Positions 19,004 through 29,084 of a stretch of DNA of 64,000 bases are shown here, piece after piece. The notes below the pieces were generated by a model, which had not been told where the DNA came from, searched no databases, and saw only the letters and a list, made by a program, of their open reading frames with translations. Numbering within the stretch: position 1 is the stretch's first letter; every line of letters starts with the position of its first letter. The DNA comes from a virus (Duplodnaviria > Caudoviricetes). The stretch is from IMG/VR virus record IMGVR_UViG_3300037484_000296, positions 26,268 through 90,267 of that record; one strand, 5' to 3'. Position numbers and translations under genes: made by a program.

Positions 19004-19447
19004 TTATCCTTTCTTTTGCTCGTTATTATAATAGGGCGTGTCTCCCCATTGGAATCCGGGGTCACGGCACATCAATTCGTGCGCCCTCTTATAGATATAT
19101 TCCAATAAAGCTATATGCTTTTTATATCCATCGGGTCCGCACCAGTGAAGTTGTCCGCGTTCAATATCTGAGCATCCGTCATATTCCCCTAGCCCGGACA
19201 TATATTTTTCTGCCTCATCTATGTTTTCCGTGCTGTCTCCCGGAGAATGGATTGCATTTTTTAGGAGAAAAAATGCTTCGCTGTTATCTTCTGCCCGCAT
19301 AGCTATTTCGAATACTTCAAAGTCTGCTCGCTCATCTTGAACAGACCAGCGGATGCGAAAACCAAATTCTCCGAATATGTCTTCTATTATAATTATTTTA
19401 CCGGTCTTGTTAATCCGGTTTTCGTTTTTCAATGGTTTTATTTGCAA
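19004..19447 (-). CDS. Hypothetical protein
   Basis: Tiling. Confidence 0.55.
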   Translation of the reverse strand: MQIKPLKNENRINKTGKIIIIEDIFGEFGFRIRWSVQDERADFEVFEIAMRAEDNSEAFFLLKNAIHSPGDSTENIDEAEKYMSGLGEYDGCSDIERGQLHWCGPDGYKKHIALLEYIYKRAHELMCRDPGFQWGDTPYYNNEQKKG

Positions 19448-19846
19448 CGTCCTTTATGTATTCTTTGTCAAAGTCTTCTTGAGTATACGCAAGGCATTCT
19501 CCAAGCCTTGTTGCATAAACCCAGTACGTTTTTCCACAATGCTCGCACACGCTCTCGAAAAAAGCAGGGCTTTGCTTTGTCATTGAATTGCATACCATGG
19601 CGTCACAGTAGGGGCAGTCTCCGAAGATCATGATTAGCCTTTCTTCTTATCTGGATAATATTCATCTTTATGGCGCTTAATCAGGAGTACCGTTGCCTTA
19701 GCGCACTTTTGAGCACCGTGGATCATGGAATAGAAATCAGCATCAGGGCATTCCCTGAATTCTCTGAGAAACCTTAGTGATTCTTCGAGTTTTCTTTTTG
19801 CTTTGAATATGTCTTCTGGTAGGGTACGCAATGGCTTCCTTTTAAT

Positions 19847-19923
19847 TGGTCGGGGCGGCCCGATTTGAACGGGCGGCAGCACGGTCCCAGGCCGTGAACT
19901 CTACCAGGCTGAGTTACGCCCCG
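19847..19923 (-). tRNA. tRNA-Pro(TGG) with C33
   Basis: Full cloverleaf CGGGGCG..CACGG CCTGGGA CCGTG..TTCAAAT..CGCCCCG A CCA. Confidence 0.9.
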
Positions 19924-20501
19924 ATTGGTTATCCTTTCACCACCCAAGCACCCACCCGACAACCTTCTCCCCGGCAGCCAAGACGGCCCATGCCGCCCCG
20001 CCAACTATCAGGTCATAGTAGGGTATCCCTGCGCTTACGAAAATAACGAGGTTGAATATTCTAAGGATGTTCATGGTATCCTCCTTTCAATTGCTGCGTT
20101 GTTATAGGTTGCGCGAATCATTATTGCTTTGTTATGAATGAGAGGATTTATAAGCTTGGTACTCATGTTCAAGTCCTTCGCAGTCATAGACTGGCTCTGT
20201 TGATTCTCCCATGATACGCTCCCAATTGTCCGAAGCCCACCGAAGGAACGTAGGATATTCATTCTTATCAGTTTCAATCTGTTCGCCCGAAATAGGAGTT
20301 ATTTTTGTAATGGCCATTCTCAAGGTTCCTTTCAAGCTCCATAGAGCAAGCGCCACCCATAAAACATAATGATCAGGTGCATCGTGTTGTCCGTGGCCGT
20401 GCATGTCAGCCATCCAAGGCCATTGTGCTTCGACTTTCCGAGCGCCATCCAGTTATTTTGGAAAAGGTAGTCACCTGCCAAATGCCCGAGGAATATTTCG
20501 A

Positions 20502-20969
20502 TCATGATTTTTGCTCCTTCTCGCTCGGATAGAACGCGAACAAGTTTTTAAACGTACTCTTCACTAATTGCATTTCTTCGCTTTCAACCGGCACATAAGA
20601 ACAAATTGCAAACGTTTCGTCAAGGTCATACTCGTCTATATGTTTCTCAATGAAGTCGGCTATGCTCATGACGAAAACTGTACAATTAGGCGTTATAAAT
20701 TTATCACAGTCTGATTCGTCTACGGAAATAAACGCCTTGTGCTTCTGAAAATAAAAGCATTGAGGATTGTACGCGCACCCCAAATCAATCACCGTGAAAT
20801 GACGGGGAATGATCGCCGCAAGGTTCTCGTAAATCTCTGTGAAGCCGAGAAAGTCGGGGGCGATATCGCCTGAGTATTTTTTCAATATCCGCGCATATTG
20901 ATCTTCCGGCAATAACTCCCGGAGCCTTTTCAGGTGTAAATTATAGCTTGCTTCGCGTAAATAATTCAT
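20502..20969 (-). CDS. Putative class I SAM-dependent methyltransferase-like protein
   Basis: VIDLGCA motif I-like, followed by ISVD. Confidence 0.5.
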   Translation of the reverse strand: MNYLREASYNLHLKRLRELLPEDQYARILKKYSGDIAPDFLGFTEIYENLAAIIPRHFTVIDLGCAYNPQCFYFQKHKAFISVDESDCDKFITPNCTVFVMSIADFIEKHIDEYDLDETFAICSYVPVESEEMQLVKSTFKNLFAFYPSEKEQKS

Positions 20970-20987
20970 AAGGGCCTTTCTGAAAAT

Positions 20988-21074
20988 TGGTGGGGGTGTA
21001 GGGATTCGAACCCCCAGCTCCGAAGAGCCACAGATTTACAGTCTGCTCCCGCTCGCCGCCTCGGGCGCACCCCC
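20988..21074 (-). tRNA. tRNA-Tyr(GTA)
   Basis: GCAGA CTGTAAA TCTGT, long variable arm, TTCGAAT, encoded CCA. Confidence 0.9.
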
Positions 21075-21119
21075 AACAGACTCAACTACATTCTTTCCTG
21101 CATGTTTTTAACGAGGTTT

Positions 21120-21827
21120 TCATGCATCACCATTTACAAACAAGTGCCCGATAGCCTCGTTTATAGTATTATATGTTGGCAAAATATCAGTGCGCTCCGT
21201 TATTCCTGCATCTGAAACAACTAGAAACGTGCCATTCCTTTGTCGTTCGGAAAGGTCGGTTGCCCAGTTCTTCCCGATGCCATACAACATTTCATGCATA
21301 GCCGTATGATTCTTGCCGTGTAGCTCTTTATGAGAAAAAAAATCCCGAGCGTACATCTGAAGACTATTTCTCTCCCAATCTTTCGCCCTCCATAAAAAGG
21401 CGTTAACAACATCTCCAACCGGAACGGTAAATGCCCTGCTATCAAATACCGGAGCGCGATCTGACGGGAATGCTTTATTGAAATGAACTGTCATAGTAGC
21501 CGCAGATATGGACACCATTTTAGCGAGGTCATAATCGAACCAAGCTTGAGTTTCATTGGAGTCGTAATCGGTCAGGCAAAACGTAGCTTCATCCGACTGA
21601 ACATATCCGGCCTTAAACCCTTGCATTTCTGATGCTGATTCTATTGCGGCATAGAGCATTGCCTGGATCAATTTGCTATCAAACGGCTTTTCGCAGTGCC
21701 TCGTAAACGTATGAAATGCCCGCCCATCAACCCGGATCATAACCGGCATCTTGCGTAATGTCATATAGTGGAATGTTTTTTCGTAACGTTTTATTCTATC
21801 GCCTAGCGTCATATGTTCTCCGATCAA
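21120..21827 (-). CDS. tRNA(His) guanylyltransferase Thg1-like protein (3'-5' polymerase)
   Basis: RVDGRAFHTFT, YVQSDE, VFDSRAF, RNSLQM, KELHGKN. Confidence 0.92.
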   Translation of the reverse strand: MIGEHMTLGDRIKRYEKTFHYMTLRKMPVMIRVDGRAFHTFTRHCEKPFDSKLIQAMLYAAIESASEMQGFKAGYVQSDEATFCLTDYDSNETQAWFDYDLAKMVSISAATMTVHFNKAFPSDRAPVFDSRAFTVPVGDVVNAFLWRAKDWERNSLQMYARDFFSHKELHGKNHTAMHEMLYGIGKNWATDLSERQRNGTFLVVSDAGITERTDILPTYNTINEAIGHLFVNGDA

Positions 21828-22321
21828 AAAGATATCTCGCCTTCATCCACTGCTTCCGGTACCTCCTCGGAATGCCCCTGACCATTGCGCTTCGCATTTC
21901 TCCTTGGTTTTGCAACCTCGTTTTCCATTATAGTTGCTTTTACCGGCCTGTTAGAACAGTACGTGCATGTCTCATCGGAACATGCCGATTCGATCCATTC
22001 TCCCGTGTCCATATAATATCTCGCATCATATTGTGAGCTATACCCTATATCATATTTTATTTTTTCAAGCGCCTTTGCCAACTGCCAGCACATCCAAGAA
22101 GCTTCCTCTTTCGTATCGCAGGCAAGCGCAGTAATGCAGAACGATTGCCCGTCAACAACCAAGAAAGCATTATGCGCGTCCGGCTCGCCTTCGACAACGC
22201 AGGGGCTTATGCGGGTATGTTTCTCCATAATTTCCACAATGCCCTGCGCCCGATAGTGCTCCGGCGGTATTGGCAGATGCGATACGTCCGGCTTTACAAA
22301 ATTATCCTGACTTGTGTTCAT
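21824..22321 (-). CDS. Hypothetical protein
   Basis: Tiling; ESACSDETCTYCSNRP. Confidence 0.55.
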   Translation of the reverse strand: MNTSQDNFVKPDVSHLPIPPEHYRAQGIVEIMEKHTRISPCVVEGEPDAHNAFLVVDGQSFCITALACDTKEEASWMCWQLAKALEKIKYDIGYSSQYDARYYMDTGEWIESACSDETCTYCSNRPVKATIMENEVAKPRRNAKRNGQGHSEEVPEAVDEGEISF

Positions 22322-22581
22322 GCCTCTCCTTAAATTCCCCGCCGGCAGGGCTTGATACCTGCTATTTAAATGGATGAAACAATACGACTGCCGCGAAGAT
22401 TGCCAGCGTTAGTAATTGAACGGGGAAATGCCACCAACGCTTTCCTTCTGGGAACATTTGAGTCATTCCGCTAAATCCCACAAATACAAAAATAAGATCT
22501 ACAGAGATTAGTAATGACAGAAACCATACGATAGTAAGTAGCGCTTGCATTTTTTCTTCCTTTCCACGCCGCAGCGGGGGA

Positions 22582-22863
22582 TTATCGGGTTAATTCCTTC
22601 AGTCTTGCCGCTATCATCGACCTAATCTCTTTAACTCTCGTGCCGCCGCGAGAATAATCTTGCGCTGCTTCCAGCATCATATCGGCCTGATTAAGGGCCT
22701 GCTCTTCATTCCAAATTTTCATCCCCGGATTTACTGATAGCCGCAGTTGATCTAACTTTACAGATTGATCATGGGTAAATATCATATCCCCACATTTTGG
22801 GCACTTTTCTGCCTCGACAGTGGCATATTCTGCCTCATTACACTTTAAGCATTTCATCGTCAA
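22582..22863 (-). CDS. Zinc-ribbon hypothetical protein
   Basis: CxxC...CxxC. Confidence 0.55.
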   Translation of the reverse strand: MTMKCLKCNEAEYATVEAEKCPKCGDMIFTHDQSVKLDQLRLSVNPGMKIWNEEQALNQADMMLEAAQDYSRGGTRVKEIRSMIAARLKELTR

Positions 22864-24265
22864 TCCTTTCCGTTTTTTGTTCTCATTACCCGTTTCAGAA
22901 GTCTGGAAATTAATTTTTTCTTTTCGCGTTCCATTGCTCGCCTTTCATTTCCATGCCTATAATAATAGGGGCGGGAGATAGCTACCCTACTCCATTCCAT
23001 CCGACAAACGCACAAAGCGCACGGTCTTCTACCCCAAACCTTGCATGCCCTCCTAATATTTCAAGCAGGTCAATTCGGACAACGTGCAAGTCGTTTGGGT
23101 GCCGCTTAAACGCTTCGCCAACGTCTTCTGGCGTGATGTATTCTCGACCGTCTTTTCTGGCTATTTCTACGATGATGTTTGGCGTGTCTTTCATTTGGGG
23201 CCTCCAAAGCTATCCTTCTTTTGCAGTAATGACTTTTCGGCTGTAGCTGTTCCGATGCCGAGAACGGTCCATACGAATAGAGCGGCGATTGCGAGTGTAA
23301 TGTTCAATGGGTTATTCCAAATCTCTTTTAATGGCAGGGCTTCTAAAGCGCGTCAAGGGTTCCTATCTTTTCGTTGAGCGCTTTAATTTCTGCCTCATAT
23401 TTAGCTACCTCAGTCTGGGCCTGAGTAATTAATACAATCGCGCTGGCAACATATCCATCAGTACGGCAATCTGTCCATGTCCTTGGATCGCGATTTATTT
23501 CTTTCAACTTTGCTATTGCTTCATCGAGCTTTTTCATGGTGGTTCTCGATTCTCCGTTCTCTTTCGCGTCTCAAGTTGGAAGCGTTAAATCCTATTCATA
23601 GAATCCGCGCACTCTCGGCAAAGCCTCACGGTATCGCACAAGACGGAAATAATCGCATTGTCTGGATTCGGCTTGTTTTGCTGTTCGGCAATATAAAATT
23701 TTGCCCGTCGCTCAAGTGCTGCAAGTGACCCTTCGTAGCGCCGTCCGGCTACTTCTGGCAAGTCGTTCATATTATCCTTTCCGGCTGACCGGGAAACTAT
23801 GGGGCTATGCCCTCAAGCGTTGTAATACATAGTTTCTCGATCATTTCCTTGAATGCCCTGACGTAGTCTAGCGGCTTACTAGGGTCGTTATCAACGTGGT
23901 TAATATCAACTGAGACATTCCCCGCCCATAAACATTTTTCAATAATGATATGATTCGGGATCTGTTTCGCTAGGATTTCAAGTTCGGTCATAAACAATCT
24001 CTCCTTTTCTGTTCATCCATCCTGCCGCATAAGGATTATTGTCTTGCCGTCAGAACAATTGCCGCAACACCAAGAATTGTAAATATCACCGTAGCTGCGA
24101 AACAAACGACCTTGTTCCATGTTTGTTTTGCGGTAGGAATTGCAGCCGCAAATGTGCTCGCTAAAAATAGCCAAAGGAAAAGATTGTCTGTGATCATGCT
24201 CGCTTCCTTTCATCCCGGTACCCGCAATAGCATTTTTGCCCTGACGTTTGTTACATCTTAAAGTG

Positions 24266-24652
24266 TTATGACATTGCCGCCAGAAGAGCCGCTTTGCAAA
24301 TTGCTTCCGGTGCCGTCTTTCCTTTAAAACTGAATTGCGGCCCGTGGTTCGCGTCCTCGATCATGCATCTGATCCCTCGGTGCGGTTCGTATATCCAGAG
24401 ATTAACCTCGTTCCCGCGATGGCGCATTGTTTCAACAACGGACCATGCATCGTTAATTTTTGCGGAAGGGTTAAAATATGACCACTCGAACGGGTTTGAT
24501 TCAAATGTGACCATCCCGTCAACATACATAGGGAGTACATATTCGTTTGGAATGCCGTCGTAAACGGTCCACTTCATAACCTTTTCAACTATCAATCGAT
24601 CAAGGCCTGGTCCCGGTTCCATTGCATTTACTTCTTCCCATTTCTCGTGCAT
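24266..24652 (-). CDS. BC1872-like / phage ABA-sandwich domain protein
   Basis: LDRLIVEKVM..FNPSAKINDAW..TAPEAICKAAL. Confidence 0.6.
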   Translation of the reverse strand: MHEKWEEVNAMEPGPGLDRLIVEKVMKWTVYDGIPNEYVLPMYVDGMVTFESNPFEWSYFNPSAKINDAWSVVETMRHRGNEVNLWIYEPHRGIRCMIEDANHGPQFSFKGKTAPEAICKAALLAAMS

Positions 24653-24737
24653 ATCAAATCCTTCCTAATCTCCCTCCCTACTTGACATTAATATCCGTCA
24701 CGGCTCCTATACGGCTTGTGTGGCGGGTTAATGATGG

Positions 24738-24983
24738 TTATGGCCTTTGCTTTGCCTCTGCCTCAAACGTGGCCCGAGTTTCAACATCCCATGTTGTTAT
24801 CTGCTTCCCGTCGTCAACGCGTACCGCGATAGGTTCCCGTCCAACTTTTTCATAGTGCGCCGACTCACAGATATATTTTTCGACCGCCCTCACAGCAGCA
24901 TCTTCAGCGCTGTGTACCTCGTTGACCCCTGTGAGACTTTCCCATCCGTCTTCATGCCAAGATTCAATTTGGACTTTATACAT
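24738..24983 (-). CDS. Hypothetical protein
   Basis: RBS AAAGGA. Confidence 0.55.
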   Translation of the reverse strand: MYKVQIESWHEDGWESLTGVNEVHSAEDAAVRAVEKYICESAHYEKVGREPIAVRVDDGKQITTWDVETRATFEAEAKQRP

Positions 24984-25025
24984 TACATCCTTTCCTTACG
25001 CGCTTCGCGGCGTGTCAAATTGGCG

Positions 25026-25250
25026 TTAAACGAGTTCTATTTCGTCAAGTTCAAATTTCAATTTCATATAATCGTAATTATCCCCTTGAGTTTCCCACAC
25101 GTTGCCTTCAGCGTCGGTCATTGGCAAGGGGAATTGCACACAGGCATATTGTCCGTCAAAGTTATACAACTCGCCTACTGTGTTCTTTGGCGGGCAAGGC
25201 GTTCGTAATTCCTTAAACGGTTTTATTACTCGGACTTTTATGGTGTCCAT
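25026..25250 (-). CDS. Hypothetical protein
   Basis: RBS GGAGG; stop inside GTTTAAC. Confidence 0.55.
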   Translation of the reverse strand: MDTIKVRVIKPFKELRTPCPPKNTVGELYNFDGQYACVQFPLPMTDAEGNVWETQGDNYDYMKLKFELDEIELV

Positions 25251-25367
25251 TTATAGCCTCCCATTGCTCATTAACCTGCGCCCACTATGCGCCCACCCGA
25301 TTAGAAAACACGCGAAAATGGGCTGTTTTTGAATGTACCGGGCTGATTCGTAATCAGCAGGTCCGGA

Positions 25368-25898
25368 TTAAACGTTTGTGCCTTTTAGTCGCTTTCGGCC
25401 TTCCCACGGCGCAGCGTTCATGCCCTGCATCAGTTGCATAATACGCATTGCCCGTGCTCGGCTGTCCGGTGTGTGCTCTTTCTGTCGTTTGTCGTCGTCG
25501 CCTTCGTCTGGTGCGAAAAGTCGGTTCGCGTTCACAAAAGCGGACATCATATCTTTCAACTGTGACCGCCATGCCTTGCGGTAGTGCCTGAAACAGTCCT
25601 CAACGTCAATGGCCTGTGCTTTCGTAAGCTCGAAGTATATTGCTCTGCCACGCTTCCAGTTCGTGATTTTCTGTGTCTGACAGATGTTCATTGCGACGTG
25701 AGATAATAAAGTCACGTCGAGCTTGTCCTTGAACGCAAACCGATACGGCTTTTTCTCCTGCGAAATGATTTGATCAAGCGTGATCCCGTGTTTTTCGCAG
25801 AGCGCGTCAAGCATTCTCTGTGCGGTTTCTTTTTCGCCGCCGATGCCTGACCGGGCCAGCGCTTCAATTTTTCTGAGTTTGTCGATTAATAGTTCCAT
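25368..25898 (-). CDS. DUF2786-like protein
   Basis: DKLRKIEALA..GEKETAQRML..KHGI N-terminus. Confidence 0.5.
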   Translation of the reverse strand: MELLIDKLRKIEALARSGIGGEKETAQRMLDALCEKHGITLDQIISQEKKPYRFAFKDKLDVTLLSHVAMNICQTQKITNWKRGRAIYFELTKAQAIDVEDCFRHYRKAWRSQLKDMMSAFVNANRLFAPDEGDDDKRQKEHTPDSRARAMRIMQLMQGMNAAPWEGRKRLKGTNV

Positions 25899-26062
25899 AG
25901 TTCAACCCCGCACATTATAAAGTTGCCGGACTCCCACCGGCTGTAGACGACATACGTTATGCGCTTTTGATCCCCGCCGAATCCTTTATAGGGACGCCCC
26001 AAACGGCACACGAGGGTTTGGCACTCGCTCGGCAGGGAACAGAAACGCACAACCCGAATCTG

Positions 26063-26355
26063 TGTTACATTTTCTGTTACAATTTTGTTACGGAGAAGAG
26101 GGAAGAGGTAAAATCAGGCTTGTAAGTGATTGAAATAGAATAGAATGGGAATGGTGCCGCTGCCCAGGATCGAACTGGGATGGTCAAAGACCGAGAGATT
26201 TTAAGTCTCTTTTGCAGCGCTTTATACCCCTTCGCTATCTGCTTGATTTTACTGTTTTCCCTTTCTCCGCCAAATACTTACCGGCTTTATTCTGTCGGCT
26301 ATAATTGGCCACAATTGGCCAGACCACCAACCGTCAGTGTTACATTAATGCTACG
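26063..26355 (-). other. attP: 3' part of tRNA-Leu(TAA) (26152-26210) flanked by TGTTACA arm-type repeats and IHF-like sites
   Basis: AGAGA CTTAAAA TCTCT, variable arm, T arm, CAGCGGC A CCA; 5' half absent; repeats at 26063, 26075, 26086, 26338, 26349. Confidence 0.85.
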
Positions 26356-26378
26356 TTTTTAAATCGGCTACTATTCGT

Positions 26379-26609
26379 TCAAATGCCCCACTCGTTCTCT
26401 TTGGGGGCTTCTTTGCTTTCATAGATAATCCATTGCCCTTTATGGTCTGGGCGAGGGTCCATGTGCTTATAGCCGGGCTTGCAACCTACGGGCCTTCCTT
26501 TTGAGTCGCACGGCGCGAGATCGGAAATTTCACAGCCGCATGGCACGTCGGGACAATAAAGTCCGTCGAAACCGTTCTCCGCAAGCCATTTTTCTTTACC
26601 TGAAATCAT
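26379..26609 (-). CDS. Small Cys-rich hypothetical protein
   Basis: RBS AGGAG. Confidence 0.55.
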   Translation of the reverse strand: MISGKEKWLAENGFDGLYCPDVPCGCEISDLAPCDSKGRPVGCKPGYKHMDPRPDHKGQWIIYESKEAPKENEWGI

Positions 26610-26656
26610 TAAGCTACTCCTTCTCCCGCCATCTTTGCAAGGGCGGGGGATGATTG

Positions 26657-26902
26657 TTACTCCATATAGACGGACTTAATTTTTAGCATACGACACGCCA
26701 TCGTTGCAAAACGTGAATTTGCGCCATCGTACTTGTATCCAAGCCCGACCAGAAGCGCGATGTCGGCAGTCTCGGCGATAAAATTCAGTTCCTTTCCGTC
26801 AACAATGGTCTTATATACAACTTCATCATCTGGCAATTCCGGGAACCATTTCATTGACGGTTTTTTGTTATGAAGATTATTTACTGCTTTAACCTCGACC
26901 AT
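26657..26902 (-). CDS. Hypothetical protein
   Basis: RBS GGAGG before ATG at 26902. Confidence 0.55.
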   Translation of the reverse strand: MVEVKAVNNLHNKKPSMKWFPELPDDEVVYKTIVDGKELNFIAETADIALLVGLGYKYDGANSRFATMACRMLKIKSVYME

Positions 26903-26918
26903 ATCGCCTCCCGATAAG

Positions 26919-27170
26919 TTATTTCTTCTTCCCCAGCGCCTTCTCTGTTGCCGCCTCGACCCTTTTCTCGTGTTGTTTGCAATAGAGCTCCGCAGGGCCG
27001 TGACCGTTTGTGCGGCAGCACTGATCTGGCAGGCTCCCGCGGCCCGCGCTCCATACTTCGAAGGCGCAATATTTAGGGTTATAAGCGTACCCTCTTGGGT
27101 TGCCTCTCCATTTATTGTATCTGTACTCCCGGGCTTCTTCAAGCGTCTTAGGAGCTTCACTGTCAAACAT
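26919..27170 (-). CDS. Hypothetical protein (CxxC/His, possible zinc binding)
   Basis: ATG overlaps the HTH gene stop. Confidence 0.55.
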   Translation of the reverse strand: MFDSEAPKTLEEAREYRYNKWRGNPRGYAYNPKYCAFEVWSAGRGSLPDQCCRTNGHGPAELYCKQHEKRVEAATEKALGKKK

Positions 27171-27354
27171 TTTTCTTCCTTCCCTTAATCGCCTTCTCAA
27201 TGCACGGGATCGCAATATCACACATGCCCGGAACCCTGCGCATTTTTCTTTCCCAATCCTGATAAGTACGGTATGGGGTATTCAATTCCTCTGCCATTTT
27301 CTTTTGAGTGAGCCCTAAGCGCTTCCGGGCTTTTTTTAATTCTGCGGCTGTCAT
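27163..27354 (-). CDS. XRE/Cro-type HTH regulator (apparently leaderless)
   Basis: LKKARKRLGLTQKKMAEELNTPYRTYQDWER. Confidence 0.85.
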   Translation of the reverse strand: MTAAELKKARKRLGLTQKKMAEELNTPYRTYQDWERKMRRVPGMCDIAIPCIEKAIKGRKKNV

Positions 27355-27361
27355 GCTTAAT

Positions 27362-27390
27362 ACTATACACGCAATGCGTGTCTTTGTCAA
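27362..27390 (-). promoter_or_regulatory. Sigma70 promoter with palindromic operator CACGCA-N-TGCGTG in the spacer
   Basis: TTGACA-17 bp-TATAGT; ATG 7 nt after the -10. Confidence 0.8.
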
Positions 27391-27417
27391 TATGTTTTTT
27401 CATAGGGGCGGAGTTTT

Positions 27418-28584
27418 CTATTTATTATGTCGCCTAATTTCCTCTTCCTGTTTCTTCAAATATTCTAGCGTCTTATCGGCTACGCTCTTCTGTTCTTCCT
27501 CGCCGGTGATATTATACCGGGTAAACATGGAGCCCGTTTTCCAGCCGCCGATTTGCTTAATGTCTTCCTCGGGATTTCCGGCGTTCTTCATATTCTTCGC
27601 TGCGCTTCGTCTGATATCGTGGAAGATGGTTTCATTCGCCTTTTTGAATTTGTTCTCTTTGCAGGATCGACACTTTAAATCCTCTCGCTTTTCTCCGAGA
27701 GAGAGATATTCAAAGTTGCCGCACTTTTTACATTTGAACCGGATCTTTTGCCCGGTCCTCATTAACGCGGATTCCCATGCTGTGCGAAAATCCGTCACAC
27801 GCTTCCCCTTGAGGTTGACGATATATTCACATTCAGGATATTCCCGCTCGGTTTTTTGTACCCAATCGAACACTTCTTGATAGAATTGACCTCTGAGGAA
27901 AAACCCTCGCTGTTCGTTATTCTTGGTCTCTTCCAGCAAAACGTAGCCGGTGATTTTGTTGAACTGATGGATTTTGAGCGTGAAAACTTCCGTCTTCCGT
28001 ACTGTGCTAGCATATGAAATGAGTAGCGCTATTTGCAAATAGTCCGGCAGTTCCGGCTTAAACCTTAAATAAAATTCATGGTCAATGAATCCCTTTCTTA
28101 CGTTGTTCTCTTCCAACTTTATTATTTTGGGTATCCGCGCTACAAGCTGCGGCTCGTGATTAAAGCCTAAAGAAAACATTCGTTGAAGTGCCGACAGATA
28201 GCGATTTATATATGCGTTAGAATCTCCCTTGTTCTGACAAAATATAATAAATGATTTGATACGAGAGGGGATATGGATAGCTTTTTCTTTCTTGCCGAAA
28301 AACTTTTCCATGCGCTTGATTCTGTTGATTTGGCTGGTTAGAGACTTGCGATTATTGATCGTGTAATCTTCAATAAGAAGGCGGGAGAGGTCTTCAAAAT
28401 CAACCTCGTCGATTTTCTTGCCCTTGTATTCATGCTTTAAAACTTCGGCTTCGCGAATAGAAAGTTGCGCCTCGGCTTCTCTTTTTTTTGTCCACTTGGG
28501 CGATCCATGCTCATATTGTCTTTTTTTGTGCTGATCGACAAACCAGATATGCCAGTACTTCTTGCGCCTGTATACGCCTCCCAT
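27418..28584 (-). CDS. int: Tyrosine integrase with zinc-ribbon insertion
   Basis: VRKTE, HDIRR, GGWKT, FTRY catalytic motifs; N-terminal arm-binding region. Confidence 0.93.
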   Translation of the reverse strand: MGGVYRRKKYWHIWFVDQHKKRQYEHGSPKWTKKREAEAQLSIREAEVLKHEYKGKKIDEVDFEDLSRLLIEDYTINNRKSLTSQINRIKRMEKFFGKKEKAIHIPSRIKSFIIFCQNKGDSNAYINRYLSALQRMFSLGFNHEPQLVARIPKIIKLEENNVRKGFIDHEFYLRFKPELPDYLQIALLISYASTVRKTEVFTLKIHQFNKITGYVLLEETKNNEQRGFFLRGQFYQEVFDWVQKTEREYPECEYIVNLKGKRVTDFRTAWESALMRTGQKIRFKCKKCGNFEYLSLGEKREDLKCRSCKENKFKKANETIFHDIRRSAAKNMKNAGNPEEDIKQIGGWKTGSMFTRYNITGEEEQKSVADKTLEYLKKQEEEIRRHNK

Positions 28585-28785
28585 AGGTTATCCTCTATCT
28601 GCCGTATGATTTTTTATCCCAGCACTCCTGGCACTTATCGCCCAAAAGATGAAGGGCAAAAGCGATGATCTTTTCCCGGTCCCATTCCCTCAGGAGGTGA
28701 GCGGTAATCATTTTTTCATCATTGAGCACTTCGACTGCTTTTCTTACTCCTGCCTCATACGATGTTTTACACATAGCCACCTCGA

Positions 28786-28839
28786 TCATAACGAGTCGTT
28801 TGTTTCGGTCGCTCCGCGCAGGACAACTCGTCGTTATGC
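28786..28839 (-). repeat. attC-like site
   Basis: GCATAAC...GTTATGA hairpin; contains the stop of the upstream gene. Confidence 0.65.
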
Positions 28840-29064
28840 TATAAATTTCCACATGACGTAGATCAACCCATTGTGCAAAGAATCTAAATCGCAAACACAG
28901 GAATCCTCACCATGCGTCATTAAAGTTTCCCCTCTTTTTGTTATAGCGATATAATCAGCGATATTACCTCCTTCATCGCATACCATCAACCAGAGGCCTT
29001 CTTTATCTGGTTTTGTTTCGCTATATCCTTGCTTTTTTCTGTATTCAATGCTTTTCTTTTCCAT
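28834..29064 (-). CDS. Hypothetical protein in attC-bounded cassette
   Basis: Starts after GTTATGC, ends in the complementary GCATAAC. Confidence 0.65.
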   Translation of the reverse strand: MEKKSIEYRKKQGYSETKPDKEGLWLMVCDEGGNIADYIAITKRGETLMTHGEDSCVCDLDSLHNGLIYVMWKFIA

Positions 29065-29084
29065 GCGACTCCTTCCCGACGAGC

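Noticed and set aside
26152-26210. Third functional tRNA (Leu)
   Set aside because: No 5' acceptor strand or D arm; interpreted as the attP core
27418-28584. Integron integrase IntI
   Set aside because: Has an arm-binding N-terminus and cognate attP, and lacks the IntI-specific insertion
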